64,000 nt of DNA from Camelus ferus (Eukaryota). Under the pieces are notes generated by a model. It saw only the letters and a program-made list of their open reading frames with translations, was not told where the DNA came from and did no database searches. This document shows, in pieces, positions 23,412 through 36,208 of this stretch. A program made the translations under genes and the position numbers. Within the stretch, counting starts at the first letter, position 1. Each line of letters begins with the position of its first letter. The stretch covers positions 60,078,001-60,142,000 of the forward strand of contig NC_045704.1 of assembly GCF_009834535.1 (NCBI RefSeq), in the 5' to 3' direction.

Positions 23412-24409
23412 AGGGAAGAGCGGGAGGTGGAGGAGGGGCAGGCGGTAGGAAGTCACAAGAGGCTCTGTTCCAAGCAGGAGCAACTCAGGGCTGCCAGCCT
23501 TGAAGGCGCATACTTTCTGCAGATTTTAAAGCAGTGGGGAAGGAGCCTTTACTGCAGTCCTACTCTGTAGATCCAGGTGTGGGGAGGTGAGGCCAGGGGG
23601 CCCAGCACACACACAAGTGGCATAGAATAACCACCGCACTGTTACGCTCGCAGAATCTGCGGGCAAGCTCTTCCCTGTCCTGTGGCCCCTGGCACCTCCA
23701 CTGGGAAGGCCCAAATGGCAGGAGGGGCGCGGGGCCCTGGGAGGGCTGGGCCTGCATGAGGCACGTCCAACACTGACTTTGTTCATAGGCCTGATGCCGG
23801 CAACAGGTGGGCTGAGGGACTGTCCAGAGTACCCTCCACGGCCCTTCATGCAGCAGTGCGGGGGCTTCCTTCTGAGAAGGAGGGGCCGCCAGAGAGCCAG
23901 CGTTCCGAGAGGAGCAGGCCCAAGTGCCCGGCCGGCTACGGCCCAGCCTCAGGAGACCTACAGCATCATGTCCGGCATTCAGCCGGCTGAAGGAGTCCCA
24001 GAGCTCAGACGCCAGGGGAGGGGCCAGGCCCCACGTCTCGATGGGAAGTAGCTCCAAAAGATAGCAGCCTTTTAAAAACACCACCACAATGAACCTTGAG
24101 GCAAGTCGGAGCAGGGTTACCGTAGACATGAGGTTTTAATTAGAAAGCAGACCCAAGCCGCCTTTAACCCCATGCTCGGGGAAAGAGGTCTTCCACCTGT
24201 GCGTTTCCAGGCCTTTGAAAAAACAGCTCCAGTGAACATGGGAGTGCATCGTTCACAGCAGCCAATGTATGGACACAACCCAAGGGTCCATTGCATGAAA
24301 TGGAATATTTTTCATCCTTTAGAAGGAAGGAGCTCCTGCCATTTTGACAACATAAATAATGGTGGGCAATTTGCTACGTCGTAGAAGGACAAAGACTGCG
24401 TGGTCCCAC

Positions 24410-25720
24410 TTACGGGAGGTCTCTAAGATAGTCAACCTCGTGGCCGCAGAGAATACAGTGTGGTTACCAGGGGCTGGGGGGAGGGGAGGCGGGGAGCTGT
24501 TGTTCAGTGGGTGTAAAGTTTCAGTTACATGGGATGGATAAGCTCCAGAGCTCTGCTGCCTAGTTAACAGCGCAGCACTGAGCACCTCAACGTCTGTTAG
24601 GAGGGTCGAGCCCGTGTTACGTGTTTTCTTTCCCCCAAGCTTTACTGAGATACACTTGACACGTAACATTGTGTAAGTTCAAGGCGCACAGCCTGGTGAT
24701 TGGATGCACGGGTATGTTGCAAAATGATTATCATAATAAAGTTAGTTAACAGCTCCGTCACCGCACATACTTATGTGTGTGTGTGTTAAGAACATTCAGG
24801 ACCTACTGTCTTTGCAGCTGTCAAGTATATAATACACTATTGTTAACAGTAGTCACCATGCTGTACATCAGATCCCCAGAACGTTTTCCTTTTATGACTA
24901 GAAGTTCACACACTTTGACTAGCATCTCCCCATCTCCCCCACTCCCAGCCCCTGGCAACCACTAATCTATTCTCTGCTTCTATGAGTTTGGCTTTTTTAT
25001 GTTTTTATTATTTTTTTGGAGCGGGTGTGTAGTTAGGTTTATGTATTTATTTATTTTTAGAGGAGGTATTGGGGATTGAACCCAGGACCTCATGCATGCT
25101 AAGCATGCACTCTACCACTTGAGATATGCCCTCCCCCCAGGGTTAACTTTTTTAGATTGTTCATCTAAGTGAGATCGTACAGTATTTATCTTTCTCTGTC
25201 TGACTTATTTCACTTAGCAGAACACCCTCCAGGTCCATCCATGTTGCCACAAATGGCAGGACTTCCTCCTTTTTTATGGCTGATTTATGTATTTTCTTTA
25301 ACGGTTCATCCATCAAGGGACATTTAGGCTGTTTCCCTGTCTTGCTATTGTAAGTAATGCTGCTTTGTACAAGGGATGCAGTTATCTCTTTGAGCTAGTG
25401 ATTTTATTTCCCTCGGATATAAACCCATAAATGAGATTGCTAGATCATATGGTAGTTCTATTTTTAGTTTTTTTGAGGAACCTCCATGCTGTTTTCCATA
25501 ATGGCTGTACCATCCTGTTAAGTGTTCTTATAGCAAAACAAACAAATCAACGAAGGGACACAAGCAAACCTTGGAAGGTGTTGGATGTGTCTGTTACCTG
25601 GGTCGTGGTGATGGTGTCATGGATCTTTGCATATATCCAAACTCATCAAATTGTACACATTAAATATGTGTAGCCCTTTCTCTATCAAATATACGTTAAT
25701 AAAGCTGTTTAAAAAAAAAA
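24410..25720. mobile_element. L1MA/L1MB 3' fragments in both orientations (plus ~24410-24620, minus ~24620-25520, plus ~25520-25720)
   Basis: L1 3'UTR signatures: gtggttaccaggggctggggg; ttatttcacttagcagaacaccctccaggtccatccatgttg; actcatcaaattgtacacattaaatatg. Confidence 0.75.
25001..25140 (-). mobile_element. tRNA-Ala-derived SINE (vic-1-like) inserted in L1
   Basis: ggggattgaacccaggacctcatgcatgctaagcatgcactctaccact is the reverse complement of the SINE head. Confidence 0.85.
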
Positions 25721-26844
25721 AGAAAAAGAACAGCTCTGCAGAAGGGCCCCGGAAAGGGGGCTGCATCCTAGACCTTCTCATGCTGTGGGCTGTGTCTGTA
25801 AATGTGTAAGTGATCCCTCCTTCCTCCCCAAGGGGGAGGGGGCAGTGTCGGTGCCAAATGTGTGCCAAGTACGTATTAATAAACTCTGAACCATATTGGC
25901 AGCTTTGTGGTTTTCTGCAGTCTTTTGCAGCCTGGAAAACGTTTTCCGATTAGAAGCCCCTGCTGTTTTATCTATTACACGTGAAACTGAATAAGTCTCC
26001 ACACGTCCACTGGGAGTTGGTGAGTAACATCAGAGTGTGCAGCGAGGGGGAAGGAATTAAAAAGGGAGCTAATGTCATCCATGGGGAATAGCTGAGGGGA
26101 GGGAAAAACCGCTCCGGAGGAGAAGGGCTGCTGGAGGATTTTTTGCCGTGTATTACGGCCACTCCAGCAGGAGCACACGTCTGCCGTCCGCGCCCCTGAC
26201 ATGTAAAAGGCAGCTGCTCAGAATGGTACACATGGGCTGACTTACAGGGAGAAAAATTTTATCTCACAAGGCAGATTTGATTTCCTGAGACCATATGCTT
26301 GCTTTTCTTTTTCCCAAAGAGCCCACGATCTCATGTGGGAAAAATTCAGTTTTATTGGCTTTCGGAGAAGAGGGAATTGGAAATGTTAGCTAAATACAGA
26401 CCACATGGACCAGAATCTCAATGCACTCCCCCAGGGCTGTGGATGCCTTTCGTGCTATGAAGCTGCAGATCTGTGGACAGAAAGGCAAAACTGAGAAGAG
26501 CTGTGGCTGGGAACAAGGAAATGTGGGCTCTGGTCCCTGCTCTGCTGCTTACCTCCTCCAAACCGCGCTTTGCCTGTCATGTGGGGGGAGGGCGAGATTT
26601 GCCCCGTTTATCTTGCAAAACCAACGTGAGCATCTAAGGGGCACCGAATGTGACACTGACTTAGGATTCAAAAGGGGCCAGGTATTGTTATTATATGAAG
26701 ATGACACAGTCTGACCACACCTAAGGTATTCACCTGTCCATTTTTTAAGCAAGTATTACATGAATGCTGTATTAGGACATTCTGTCTGTAAGTGGCATAA
26801 AGCCAACTGAAAAGTCCTTCCTCAAAATAGGGAAGCCATTAGTT

Positions 26845-27470
26845 CATTTATCGATTCCTTCATTCAGTCAGTAAGTTGACAACACTTTGAGTCCCTGCTA
26901 TGTGACAGTTGCTCTTCTCAGAATTGGAGACACAGCAGCAAACAAAACAGTCAAGTTTCTCATAGGATATACATGCTAATGAGGAGATGCAGATAATATT
27001 AGCCACATATATATGTACTTTTTCCAGTGGTGGTAAGGCAAGGGGACACAGAGTGACAAGGAAGCATCATTTAAGGGAGGACTGGTCAGGGATGGCCTAA
27101 CAGAAAAGGTAGCAGTTGAGCAGAGCCTTGAAGGAAAGAGGGAGCAAACCATGCAGTGATCTGATGGAAGAGCATCCCAGGGAGCAGAAACAGCAAGTGC
27201 AAAGGCCCTGAGGTGGCAGGCAAAGGCCAGTGAGGATAGAGTGGGCTGAGCTAAGGGGAGAGTGGTGAGAGATGAGGTGAGGGGAGCAAGTGGGTCACGC
27301 AGGGCCTGTGAGTCAAGGTAAGGATGTTGCAGTTGAAGAGAGAGCTCTTAGAGGGTTCTGAGCAGAGCAGTGGTATTATCTGACCTATGATTTTACCAGG
27401 ACCTCCGTGGAGAATGGTGCACACGGGACGAGAGTGGAGGCATTGCAGTGGTCTGAGCAGGAGGTCCAGG
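26845..27470 (-). mobile_element. L2 LINE fragment
   Basis: ttcattcagtcag...tgagtccctgctatgtg; gagcagagccttgaagg; cagcaagtgcaaaggccctgagg. Confidence 0.75.
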
Positions 27471-30400
27471 AAGTAGCAGCAGACAAACGGAGGGGGATGG
27501 ATCTCAAAGGCAGTGCTGGTGGGACGTGCTTATGGATTGGATGTAGGGTACAGGGTACCACAAAGGTCTAGGGTGGTTCCAGCACAGCTGGATCCCTGAG
27601 CTCAAATAATAAAGCCAGGACTCTGTCTTTCTGGAACCCTTGGCTCTGCTGTCTTCTGTGTTGGCTTCATTTTCAGGTGGGCACTTCCACATAGTGATAA
27701 GTATGACCCCAGCCCCTGTGACCACTTCAGGAAGCCCTCTCAGAAAAGCAAGGAAGGCTTTGTCTCAAAAGTCTCCATAGATGTCCTCTCTGGTCTCATT
27801 GGTTTGAACAGGGTCATGTGCTCACCCTGAACCAATGAGAATGGCCGGGGGGTGGAATCACATAAGCCACATGTTCCCTTCCTAGGACGGTGGGTAGAGT
27901 TAGCTTCCCTTCAGCTCGGGGTGGTGGTGGGGGCGGGGGAAGGGATGCAGATAATGGAAGGAAAACCAAGAGTGGCTCCAGAGAGAGGGGTGGCTGGGTG
28001 TGGCTGGCCACCGCCATGTGCAGTGCCATCAGGGGAGCTTTAGCAAGGGCATCCGGGGCAAATGGAAGGAGGGAAACATCAAAGATGCAAATTGGTGAAA
28101 CATCACCGCTGGCAGACGGAGGCCAGAGATCATTCTGGAAGAATTTAGGCAATGATGTTAATAGAAATAGGGGATCCAAAGTATGTTTGCTTGCAAAGGG
28201 CTGAGATGCTGAGTTAGGTTTTGGACGTGTAAGACACATACACGACTAACCACGAGTTAAGGCAGAAGGAAATAGATGTTAAATGAGAGAGCAAGGGAAA
28301 CACACAGGGGAAGCTGTCACTGCGGCACCTGCAGGTCAGAATGGAGAGAGGACAGCAGTCAGGCAGACGGTTAGCCCTGGCTCTCAGCAGACCAGGAGTG
28401 GCGTTTCACTGTCACTGACAACGAGCACTTGGTTATCCGCAGCCACTGCCCCCCCCCCCCCCCGCCCCGGTGTGCTGCATCTTTTCAGTCATTAGCTCCT
28501 CCAGCAGTCAGTGCCCCAAGCTGCTAGTAGGTGGCCCGTCTGCCGGCACAGTTTCCCTCTCCATCCTTGCCCCAGGCACAACCTTCTGCTTCTGCAGCGA
28601 GACAGCCAAGGGTTGAGAGCAAAGAGTGCTTTGTCTGGCTGCAGATGGAAGACTAGAGAAACCTGAGTGGTTTCAGGGGAGAAGCTGGTGGCAAAGCGGG
28701 GGTCCACCCATAATTAAAGCCCCACCCAGCACCTCTCCTAAAGGAGAAGCAAAAGACAACTGGTGCAACTTCTCCCTGCGGAGAAAGGAACCCACTCCCG
28801 TTTGTGGAAAAGAAGGGAGAGAATTAAATGAGAATATGCTGCATCAGTTAACGCTTCCTGGGGAAAGATAAGAGGGGCGAAAAATCAGAATTAGATCACA
28901 CCAACCAAAGCAATTAAGGAGAATAAGATGTGCTTTTACAAATATCAGGGGAAAGGAGATTATGGAGAGGAAATAAGACTTAATAAATGCAGAGGACCAT
29001 GAAATTAATGATGACCACACATGGCTGAAATATCCAATTCATTCTTTGTTAGCCTTTAACTAGGAAAACAAAGAAAAGAAATCGAGCAATTAAAAAGCAA
29101 GGACAACTTGAGAAAAGAGTGGAGAGGCTGCTGGCAGGGAGGAGGTTTCTACCCCTCTGATCCTCAAACTTTGCAGGCAATTTCTTGGGACCCGACACAC
29201 AGGGCTCATGTAACAGCCCCAGCCCAGCGTCTGCACTGGTGAGCGTGGTGCACTCAGTTTCCTGAGTTTAATGAATTGATGGAGCTGAGGAAAGAGAGCA
29301 GAGTGAGGAGGGGAGGCGGGGAGGAGAGACTCCTAAGCTGTGGTGAGTTTGCAACCATCATAATGGCCCCAAACTAAGATCAGCTAATCGTCAGTGTGGC
29401 CCCTCTCCTCCCACACTTCTCACTCTTCTCACTCTGCTTCCCTCTCTCCTTCCTCCTCCAGGGTTTACTCTCCAGTGTTTAGTGCCCATTCTTGGCTTTT
29501 TTCCTGTGAAGAGCCCACCCATAAGATTGTCCTGTTTCTGAGAAATGGGAGAACGTACGGACAGGCTGGGATGCGCTGAGAAGCAAAAGTGGCTTGTCCT
29601 TTTTTGCTTAAGTGGGGAGATCAAGTTGATTTCTATAACTTACAACCAAAAGTCCTGACTTACACGGGTAGGTTCTATGACAGACACTGCGGATGCAAGG
29701 GTATGAAGACAAGGGCACTGCTCTTAAAGAGATCACAGCCCCATAAGAGAGACATCACACAGACGCAAATCCTTGCAATACAGTGCAATGAATGTAATCA
29801 AGGTGGACATCTGGAGGAGGCGCCTGGACGGCTCAGAGGAGGAGGAAGCTACTCTGCTCAGGTGGACCAGTGAAGGCTTCTCAAGGTGTCCCGTGCTTGC
29901 TTCTGACAGATGACTGGGATTTTGATGAGTGGCAAAGGAGAGCTTTTCAGACAGCAGGAACCCCAAGTGCAGAGGCCAAGAGGCATCAACAGCGTGGGGC
30001 ATCCAGGAGGTAGGTCATTGCCTTTCATTTCTAAATCTTTCCAATATCTACAGCCTCCAGTGGCCTAATATCTTCCTGTAACTCAAATATTTTTTGCTCA
30101 GAAGTGTTTTAGGAATAGATTGAACTTGTGGCCACCCTCCCCTCCCTGAACTGCATTACGCAGAAGACTGAAATGTAAGGACAGTGCTTAACCAAGCACA
30201 GGCTTCCTGACTTGGTGGCTGCAGAGGTCGGTGAGGGGACTCAAGGGCTGGCGAGTGCCTCCTGTGTCTAGAATAGCTTCCTCCTCTGCTTCCAGTGGAA
30301 GGCACTGGGAGTGCACAGCACCTCATACACCACCTTCTCCCTCGTTTGTTTGGGGGGGTGCCATGCCGAGCACACAGACACAGCTCCTGCCTTCCCAGAG

Positions 30401-31479
30401 ACTAGAGGCCCGAATCATCACAGAAAGGGAGGGACAGCTGCCAAGGAGGGGAAGCTGGAAGGAGGGGCGTGGGTGCTGTGAGCGTGGACCCCGGGGGTGT
30501 GGTCTGGTCAGGACGGTCGGGGAGGCCGCCTTGAGAGAGCATCACTGGGATGGGCAGGACGGGTTAGCCTTTCCTAGGACAAACTGGGTGGGAAAAACAG
30601 CGCTCCAAGGCAGAAAGGAGAGCGGCGCAAAGACCCGCAGTGGGAGGACACGTGGGTGGAAGGAAGGTCGTGTGTCTGGGACTGAGAGAGCCGGGCCTGG
30701 GGCTGGTGCTGGAGACCACTAGGTGCCAACTCGGGCAGGGATGAGGCCAAGACTCCTAATCCCATCAACAATGGGAAGCCACTGAGAAGTATAGGTAGCA
30801 GGTGACCTGAAGCGTTCCGACGTGTGTAAAATCAGCTGGAGGGAGCCACGTGGCGTGGGTTCAGGTTCAGACGACAGAGGAGGGTGGCGCGTGGATTAAT
30901 GTGGGGGCGGTGAAGCTGGATGGAGAGGAGACAGGATGTGGTGATGGACTGAATACAGTGGGTGGGGCGGGGATACGGAGAGGGGAAAGCATGTCCGGAT
31001 GGTCCTAGGTGCCATCAACCAAGATGGGGACTTGAGAAGAGGACGGTGGCCTCGCTCAGCCTCAGCTCCCCTGGCTCTTGTGCGTGCACCTTCCCGAGGA
31101 CCACTTGGAGGTGCCAGCACTGACACATCGCCCCGGTCAGTCCAGACCTCTGCTTGGATCACCCACAGGCCCCCTGGTGTCCCCCAGTGGAGGGAGAGAG
31201 GCACAGCCAGACAGCAAGACCTTGACGCTGTGGCTGCTACTATCATTCTGTATTGTTTTTGCCAACTTCCCCACCCCCTCTGGTGGGAAGACAAGAGGCT
31301 AAGGATCAAGATAAGGACTAAAAAAAGGAGCTATCGACTTGGCAAAATAGACTGAGGAGTTACATGATCGATCAATCATACAGTGTTGGAATTGAAAAGA
31401 AACGTAGCAAAAAAAAAAAAAAAAAGAAAGAATAAAAACACCTCTTCTAGAGCAAATTTGACAGCTGTTAAAACACCCC

Positions 31480-31690
31480 CTGCTTCAGCATTTCCAATTG
31501 CTGGGAGCAAACTGTCTGAACTAGCCGCCAGCTCCATTGTCAGAGGGCTCTGATAGCAGGAGATAGGGTTTTCTTGTGTTCCCTCGGAGCAACTTCCACC
31601 CATTGGTCTTGGTTCCATTCTCTGGAGGCAGAGCAGGTCAATGTCCCTTTTAAAATGTGATGCCCAGAAGGCGACACAAGACTCCAAATG
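31480..31690 (-). mobile_element. L3/CR1 LINE ORF2 C-terminal relic
   Basis: Translation ESCVAFWASHFKRDIDLL resembles the CR1 motif EYCVQFWAPHFKKDIDKLE. Confidence 0.7.
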
Positions 31691-34145
31691 TGGCCTGATT
31701 CAGTTAAAGCCCTGTGGGGAATTTAGAAGGGGGGAAAAATAATAAAGCCACTGAGTTAACCAGCTAAAAAAAAAATGACAGTCATAGAAAGTGCCCATAA
31801 GCGGAGCCTTAGAATCATAAACTAAAAGGAGCCTTTGAAAATGCCCAGCTGGTCCCTTTCCCTGAAGAGATCACACCTAAACCCATCCCATCCAGAGAAG
31901 CTGACCTATTTTTTTTTTAACATCTCTAAAAGCAAGGGTTCCACGGGTGTTTATTGCAAGAGGCTTCTTACAAAGCAATCATTGTCAAATATTTTCAAAT
32001 CAGTGTTTTCTAGAAGACTAGAAATGTTTTTACATTTTCCTCTCTTGCTGTTATCTCTCCAACCACATCAATTGTCTTGCTAACGAAGCCGCTTATTGTA
32101 TCATTTTCCGGGAGTGCATGTTCTTCTGCTCCTTCTGCTTCTGTTTTAGTTCTTACTGCATTAATTAACCACACTTCCTCTATTATTTCCCTCTTTTTTG
32201 TATGGCATCCATGCTCTTTATCCTTATATTGTTGCGTAATGCTTGGTGTGATGGATGTGCTCTCAGAATTGTGTGCAAGTCTAATCTTTGTAAATTGAGT
32301 CTCTTCAATTAGAAGTGCCTTCCGAATGCACTTCAAGTGTCATTATTTTGAGGCTCTTCGTGGAAGGTGGCTTGGGAGAATAGGGAACTCTGGGCCCTTC
32401 GGAGCCAGAAAATGAAACCACCCAGCTCTGGGGCTGCTTTGTACAAGCTGTAGCCTGTAGCCTGACTGGTTACTTCATCTATACGAGCCTTGTTTTCTAA
32501 TCTATGAAATGGAGATAATAATGCCACCTCAAAATGTTGTTGGAAAAAATAAATAAGCAGAGCAAAATTCCTGCAGCCAAGGGAGGAGATACATCTGCTC
32601 CCTTCCAAGTGGAGAATCATTTTTTAAAGTGAATAATCTTAAAAATCTACTTTGCAAGGTCAGATGTTTCTGATCGCAGCCTTAGCGCAGGACGCACGTC
32701 TGCTGAGTTCGCTCTCTGACTTAGGAGGCTTCTAGCAAACCCCGTCCGGGCGTCTCCCCTGCAGAGCCCACCCTGTTCTGACAGACCTTCTCACGTGGCC
32801 CATAGCAGAGGCTGCTACCTGCTGGGCTCCTGACTGCTTTGCCAAGTCTGCTTCGACCCAGCATGCTTGCGTTCTTGAAGCTTAAGTCACATTCCTCTGC
32901 CCTGACTATCATCTACATGTCTCCTTCTAAATATCTTTACCTGCCCTTTTTAAATGTTATTTGGGTCTTTTTGGTTCCCAAAGCTCTTCCCCAGAAGAGT
33001 GGGATTTTGCATTTGCTTGAATCACCCATCTTTCCTACCTGACTTTGAGTTCCTTGAGAGGCCATGGCCACAGTCCAAGCACAGTGCACGAATGAGGGGC
33101 TAGCGACCCTCCCTGGAAACTCTTTCTGCAGCCTGATACCTGGAGCAAGTCACTTCAACTCTCCACTTGTTATCTGTGAAATGAGGAAATACCATAATGT
33201 CAGTGGTTTCCAGGCTGGAGTTCCTAGTCCTTAGGGAACCACAGTGGGAGAAATAGAGAAAAGGAGAAAATTACTCTGAATGTTTTGAAGAGTTCGAAAG
33301 AAAGTGTACATTTACTCAGTTAAGGCTGCACTGGTTCGTGTAAACACTGTCCCTTGATCTGATACCAGTTCTGTCTGGTGTCACAGGTACAATCACATTG
33401 CTCAGTGTGTGCATCAGTCAGGATTCTTGGTTGTGAAGAACAGAAACCAAGTCTGATTGACTAGAGCAAACAATAACTGCCCTGGAAATTTGTCGGCTGG
33501 CTCTAGACAAAACAGAAAGGCAGGAGGACCAGGCTATGGAAGTGGACAGAAACCAGAGAAAGCTGGGCGATGAGGTGCTCAGCTAAGTTCCCAAAGGAGC
33601 AGCCTGGTGGGGGTGCCACTGGACACCAGACGCTGACCTGCTGGAACCACCCCACTACGGCACAGGATCTGTTGCCCAGTGGGGTGACTGCCAAACTATG
33701 GTGGCTGCTTTGTATCACTCAGTGCAGATGCAAAGTCTCAGGTGAGAGGATCCAGTTAGCTAACCTTAAACTTTCTGTGTCCAGCTGCTGGAGGACAGGG
33801 GTACTTGCTAGATACCTGCCAGTATTAGGTCTTGAGAGACTCTATTCTATTAGGAGAATTTCCCAAATATAGAAAGAGGACAGCCCCCGAAACAGCAAAT
33901 GTCCTTTATGGTTGATAAATGTCATGATGAGTATACCACTTAGGACTTAATCAATGGGGAAATTTTTTATTTTGAAACATAGGAGCCATAAAAGAAGAAA
34001 ATAATGAATTGGCTTGATGACTTTAAAAAAAAAAAATTGACCAGAGTAGATGTCTAATGTTACTTTCAAGCTTAGGTGCCCCCTGCAGGCAAGATAGAGA
34101 AATAAGAACTGAACTGATTTTTCTCAAACTTTGTTTCAGCAAACA

Positions 34146-34497
34146 CAGTTGTCCCTCAGATCTGAGAGGGATTGGTTTGAGGACCCCCTATGGATACCAA
34201 AATCTATGAAGACTCTAATTCCTTATTTTATAAAATGGTGTAGTGTTTGCATATAACCTACACACATCTTCCCTTCCACATACTTATAGATTACTTATAT
34301 AATACTTCCAGATTACTTATAATACCCAATACAGTGTACATGCTATGTAAATAGTTGTAAATACAGTGTAGATGCTAAGTAGTTGCCAGTGCAAGTTTTG
34401 CTTTTTGGGACTTTCTGTAATTTTTTTTAAAAATAATTTTGATCCACGTTTGGTTGAATTCATAGATACAGGACCTGTGGATATGGAGGGCTGACTG
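34146..34497. mobile_element. MER2 (Tigger-derived) DNA transposon
   Basis: cagttgtccctcag...ggattggtttgaggacccc...gataccaaaatc ... ttggttgaattc...ggagggctgactg, with a TA flank. Confidence 0.85.
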
Positions 34498-34635
34498 TAT
34501 ATGCCATTAAAACCTAGATTTTTTTAGAATTAATCGCTGCTCAGGAATAATTAGCCATAGCTGATATTAGGTTCTGCTACATATAAGAGAAAACAAGAGG
34601 AATACGGAGTTTTCTTTTACATTAAAGAAATCTGC

Positions 34636-34655
34636 TGGGGGAGGGTATAGCTCAG
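34636..34655 (+). mobile_element. 5' end of tRNA-derived SINE cut by an assembly gap
   Basis: gggggagggtatagctcag immediately before the N run. Confidence 0.7.
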
Positions 34656-34819
34656 NNNNNNNNNNNNNNNNNNNNNNNNNNNNNNNNNNNNNNNNNNNNN
34701 NNNNNNNNNNNNNNNNNNNNNNNNNNNNNNNNNNNNNNNNNNNNNNNNNNNNNNNNNNNNNNNNNNNNNNNNNNNNNNNNNNNNNNNNNNNNNNNNNNNN
34801 NNNNNNNNNNNNNNNNNNN
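34656..34819. other. Assembly gap (164 N)
   Basis: N run. Confidence 1.
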
Positions 34820-35984
34820 GTCCCAGGGTGGTATGGTGGCTTTAGTTCATGAACCCATGCCTCTTTCATTTTAACTCTGCCATCCTGAGTAGTTCAGTGC
34901 TTTTATCCACAAGGACACCTCCTCAGGGTTGCTGGAGCTCCAGCCATCATGTCTACATTCCAGACAGGAAGTAGGAGGAATAGTGAAGGGACAAAAGGCA
35001 AAAGAGTGCATATAAACTGTCTGCCCATCTTAAGACTTCCTGAAAGTTGCAGTTAACAATATCTGCTTACATCTTATTGACCACATCTAATTTCAGGACA
35101 GCCTGGGATGTATATGATCTTTTAGCTGCTCACATAGCCACCCAACTATCAAGTGGGCGACTAGCAGCCTTTGCCTCCCCAAGGAACTCTCAGGATGACC
35201 AGGGGCAGTCAGAGGTCTAATCTGATGGCCGTTGGCTCTCTTGCAGCAGTTAACTTTATGGGTATCATCTAAGGCCAAGGAAGCCTCAGGGGGAGAGACC
35301 AGCACAGATGCCTTAGGAGCTGTCTTTCTGAAACACCTGGAAGTTGGTTATGGGTCCTTCCAGGATCTTCCTAGAGAATAACAAAAACAGTGAACATTTG
35401 TGGAGTGTTTAGCTTCTGCCAGGTACTGCATGATGAACTTCATCTTCACCATCTCACCTCATTCTCACAGCCTCTCCATGAGGTAAGGCAAAATTGTGCC
35501 CGGCCTGCAAAGGAGGAAACCACGGATTAGCTGGCAATAAATATCTTGCTTGATCACAGTTAGTATGTGGAAAGCCGGGGTCAAAACCTGGGGCTGTCTG
35601 ACTCTGGGTGTGCTTCCATTTCACCCTGCTCTTTTAAAAGATTGCAAAGCTCCCAGCTGCTGCAAAGTCAGATTCTTAAGAACACATTTGCATCTTTTCT
35701 CGGTTGCTGCCTTAATTACACATAATAAAGGTATTTAGTTATAGAAGAAGAGCTGATGAGCCTGTACTGTAATAAAAAGCTCTTGCCAAGAGCTGTTTCC
35801 TTTGTCAGGAGAGAACTTGCTCAAAGACAGTGGGAAGCCGTGATTCATTCTTATGCCACAGTGTTACTACGAGAAATTCGGTTCATCGGGAGTGGCTGTC
35901 GCAGAACTGTAAGCTGAGACAGGCGTGCTGCAACCGCCACCGATGCCCGGACTGGGAAGTGGCGACAAGAGAAGACCAGCGCCG

Positions 35985-36208
35985 TCTGTGGCAGATTTAT
36001 CAGGGTCCACACACTTTGTGGGCCGACTGCCTGTTTTCGTAAATAAAGCTTTAATGGGACAGAGTCAGGCTCGTGCGTTTGCAGCTGATTTACAGCTGCG
36101 TCCACACGACAGCAGCGTCCACACGACAGCAGCAGAGTAGGGGAATTTGCCACAGACACCACCTGGCGTGTGAATCCTAAAATACTCTCTGACCCTTTAC
36201 CACCCCTG
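35985..36208 (-). mobile_element. MER58-like hAT element with an internal 17-bp tandem duplication
   Basis: gttttcgtaaataaagctttaatggg ... cctaaaatactctctgaccctttac...cccctg; gcgtccacacgacagca x2 at 36098-36131. Confidence 0.7.

Noticed and set aside
23560-24129. 189-aa ORF, and similar long ORFs at 5318-5983, 37368-37976 and 40812-41423
   Set aside because: No recognisable homology, low-information composition typical of GC-rich or repeat-derived chance frames, and no supporting exon structure.
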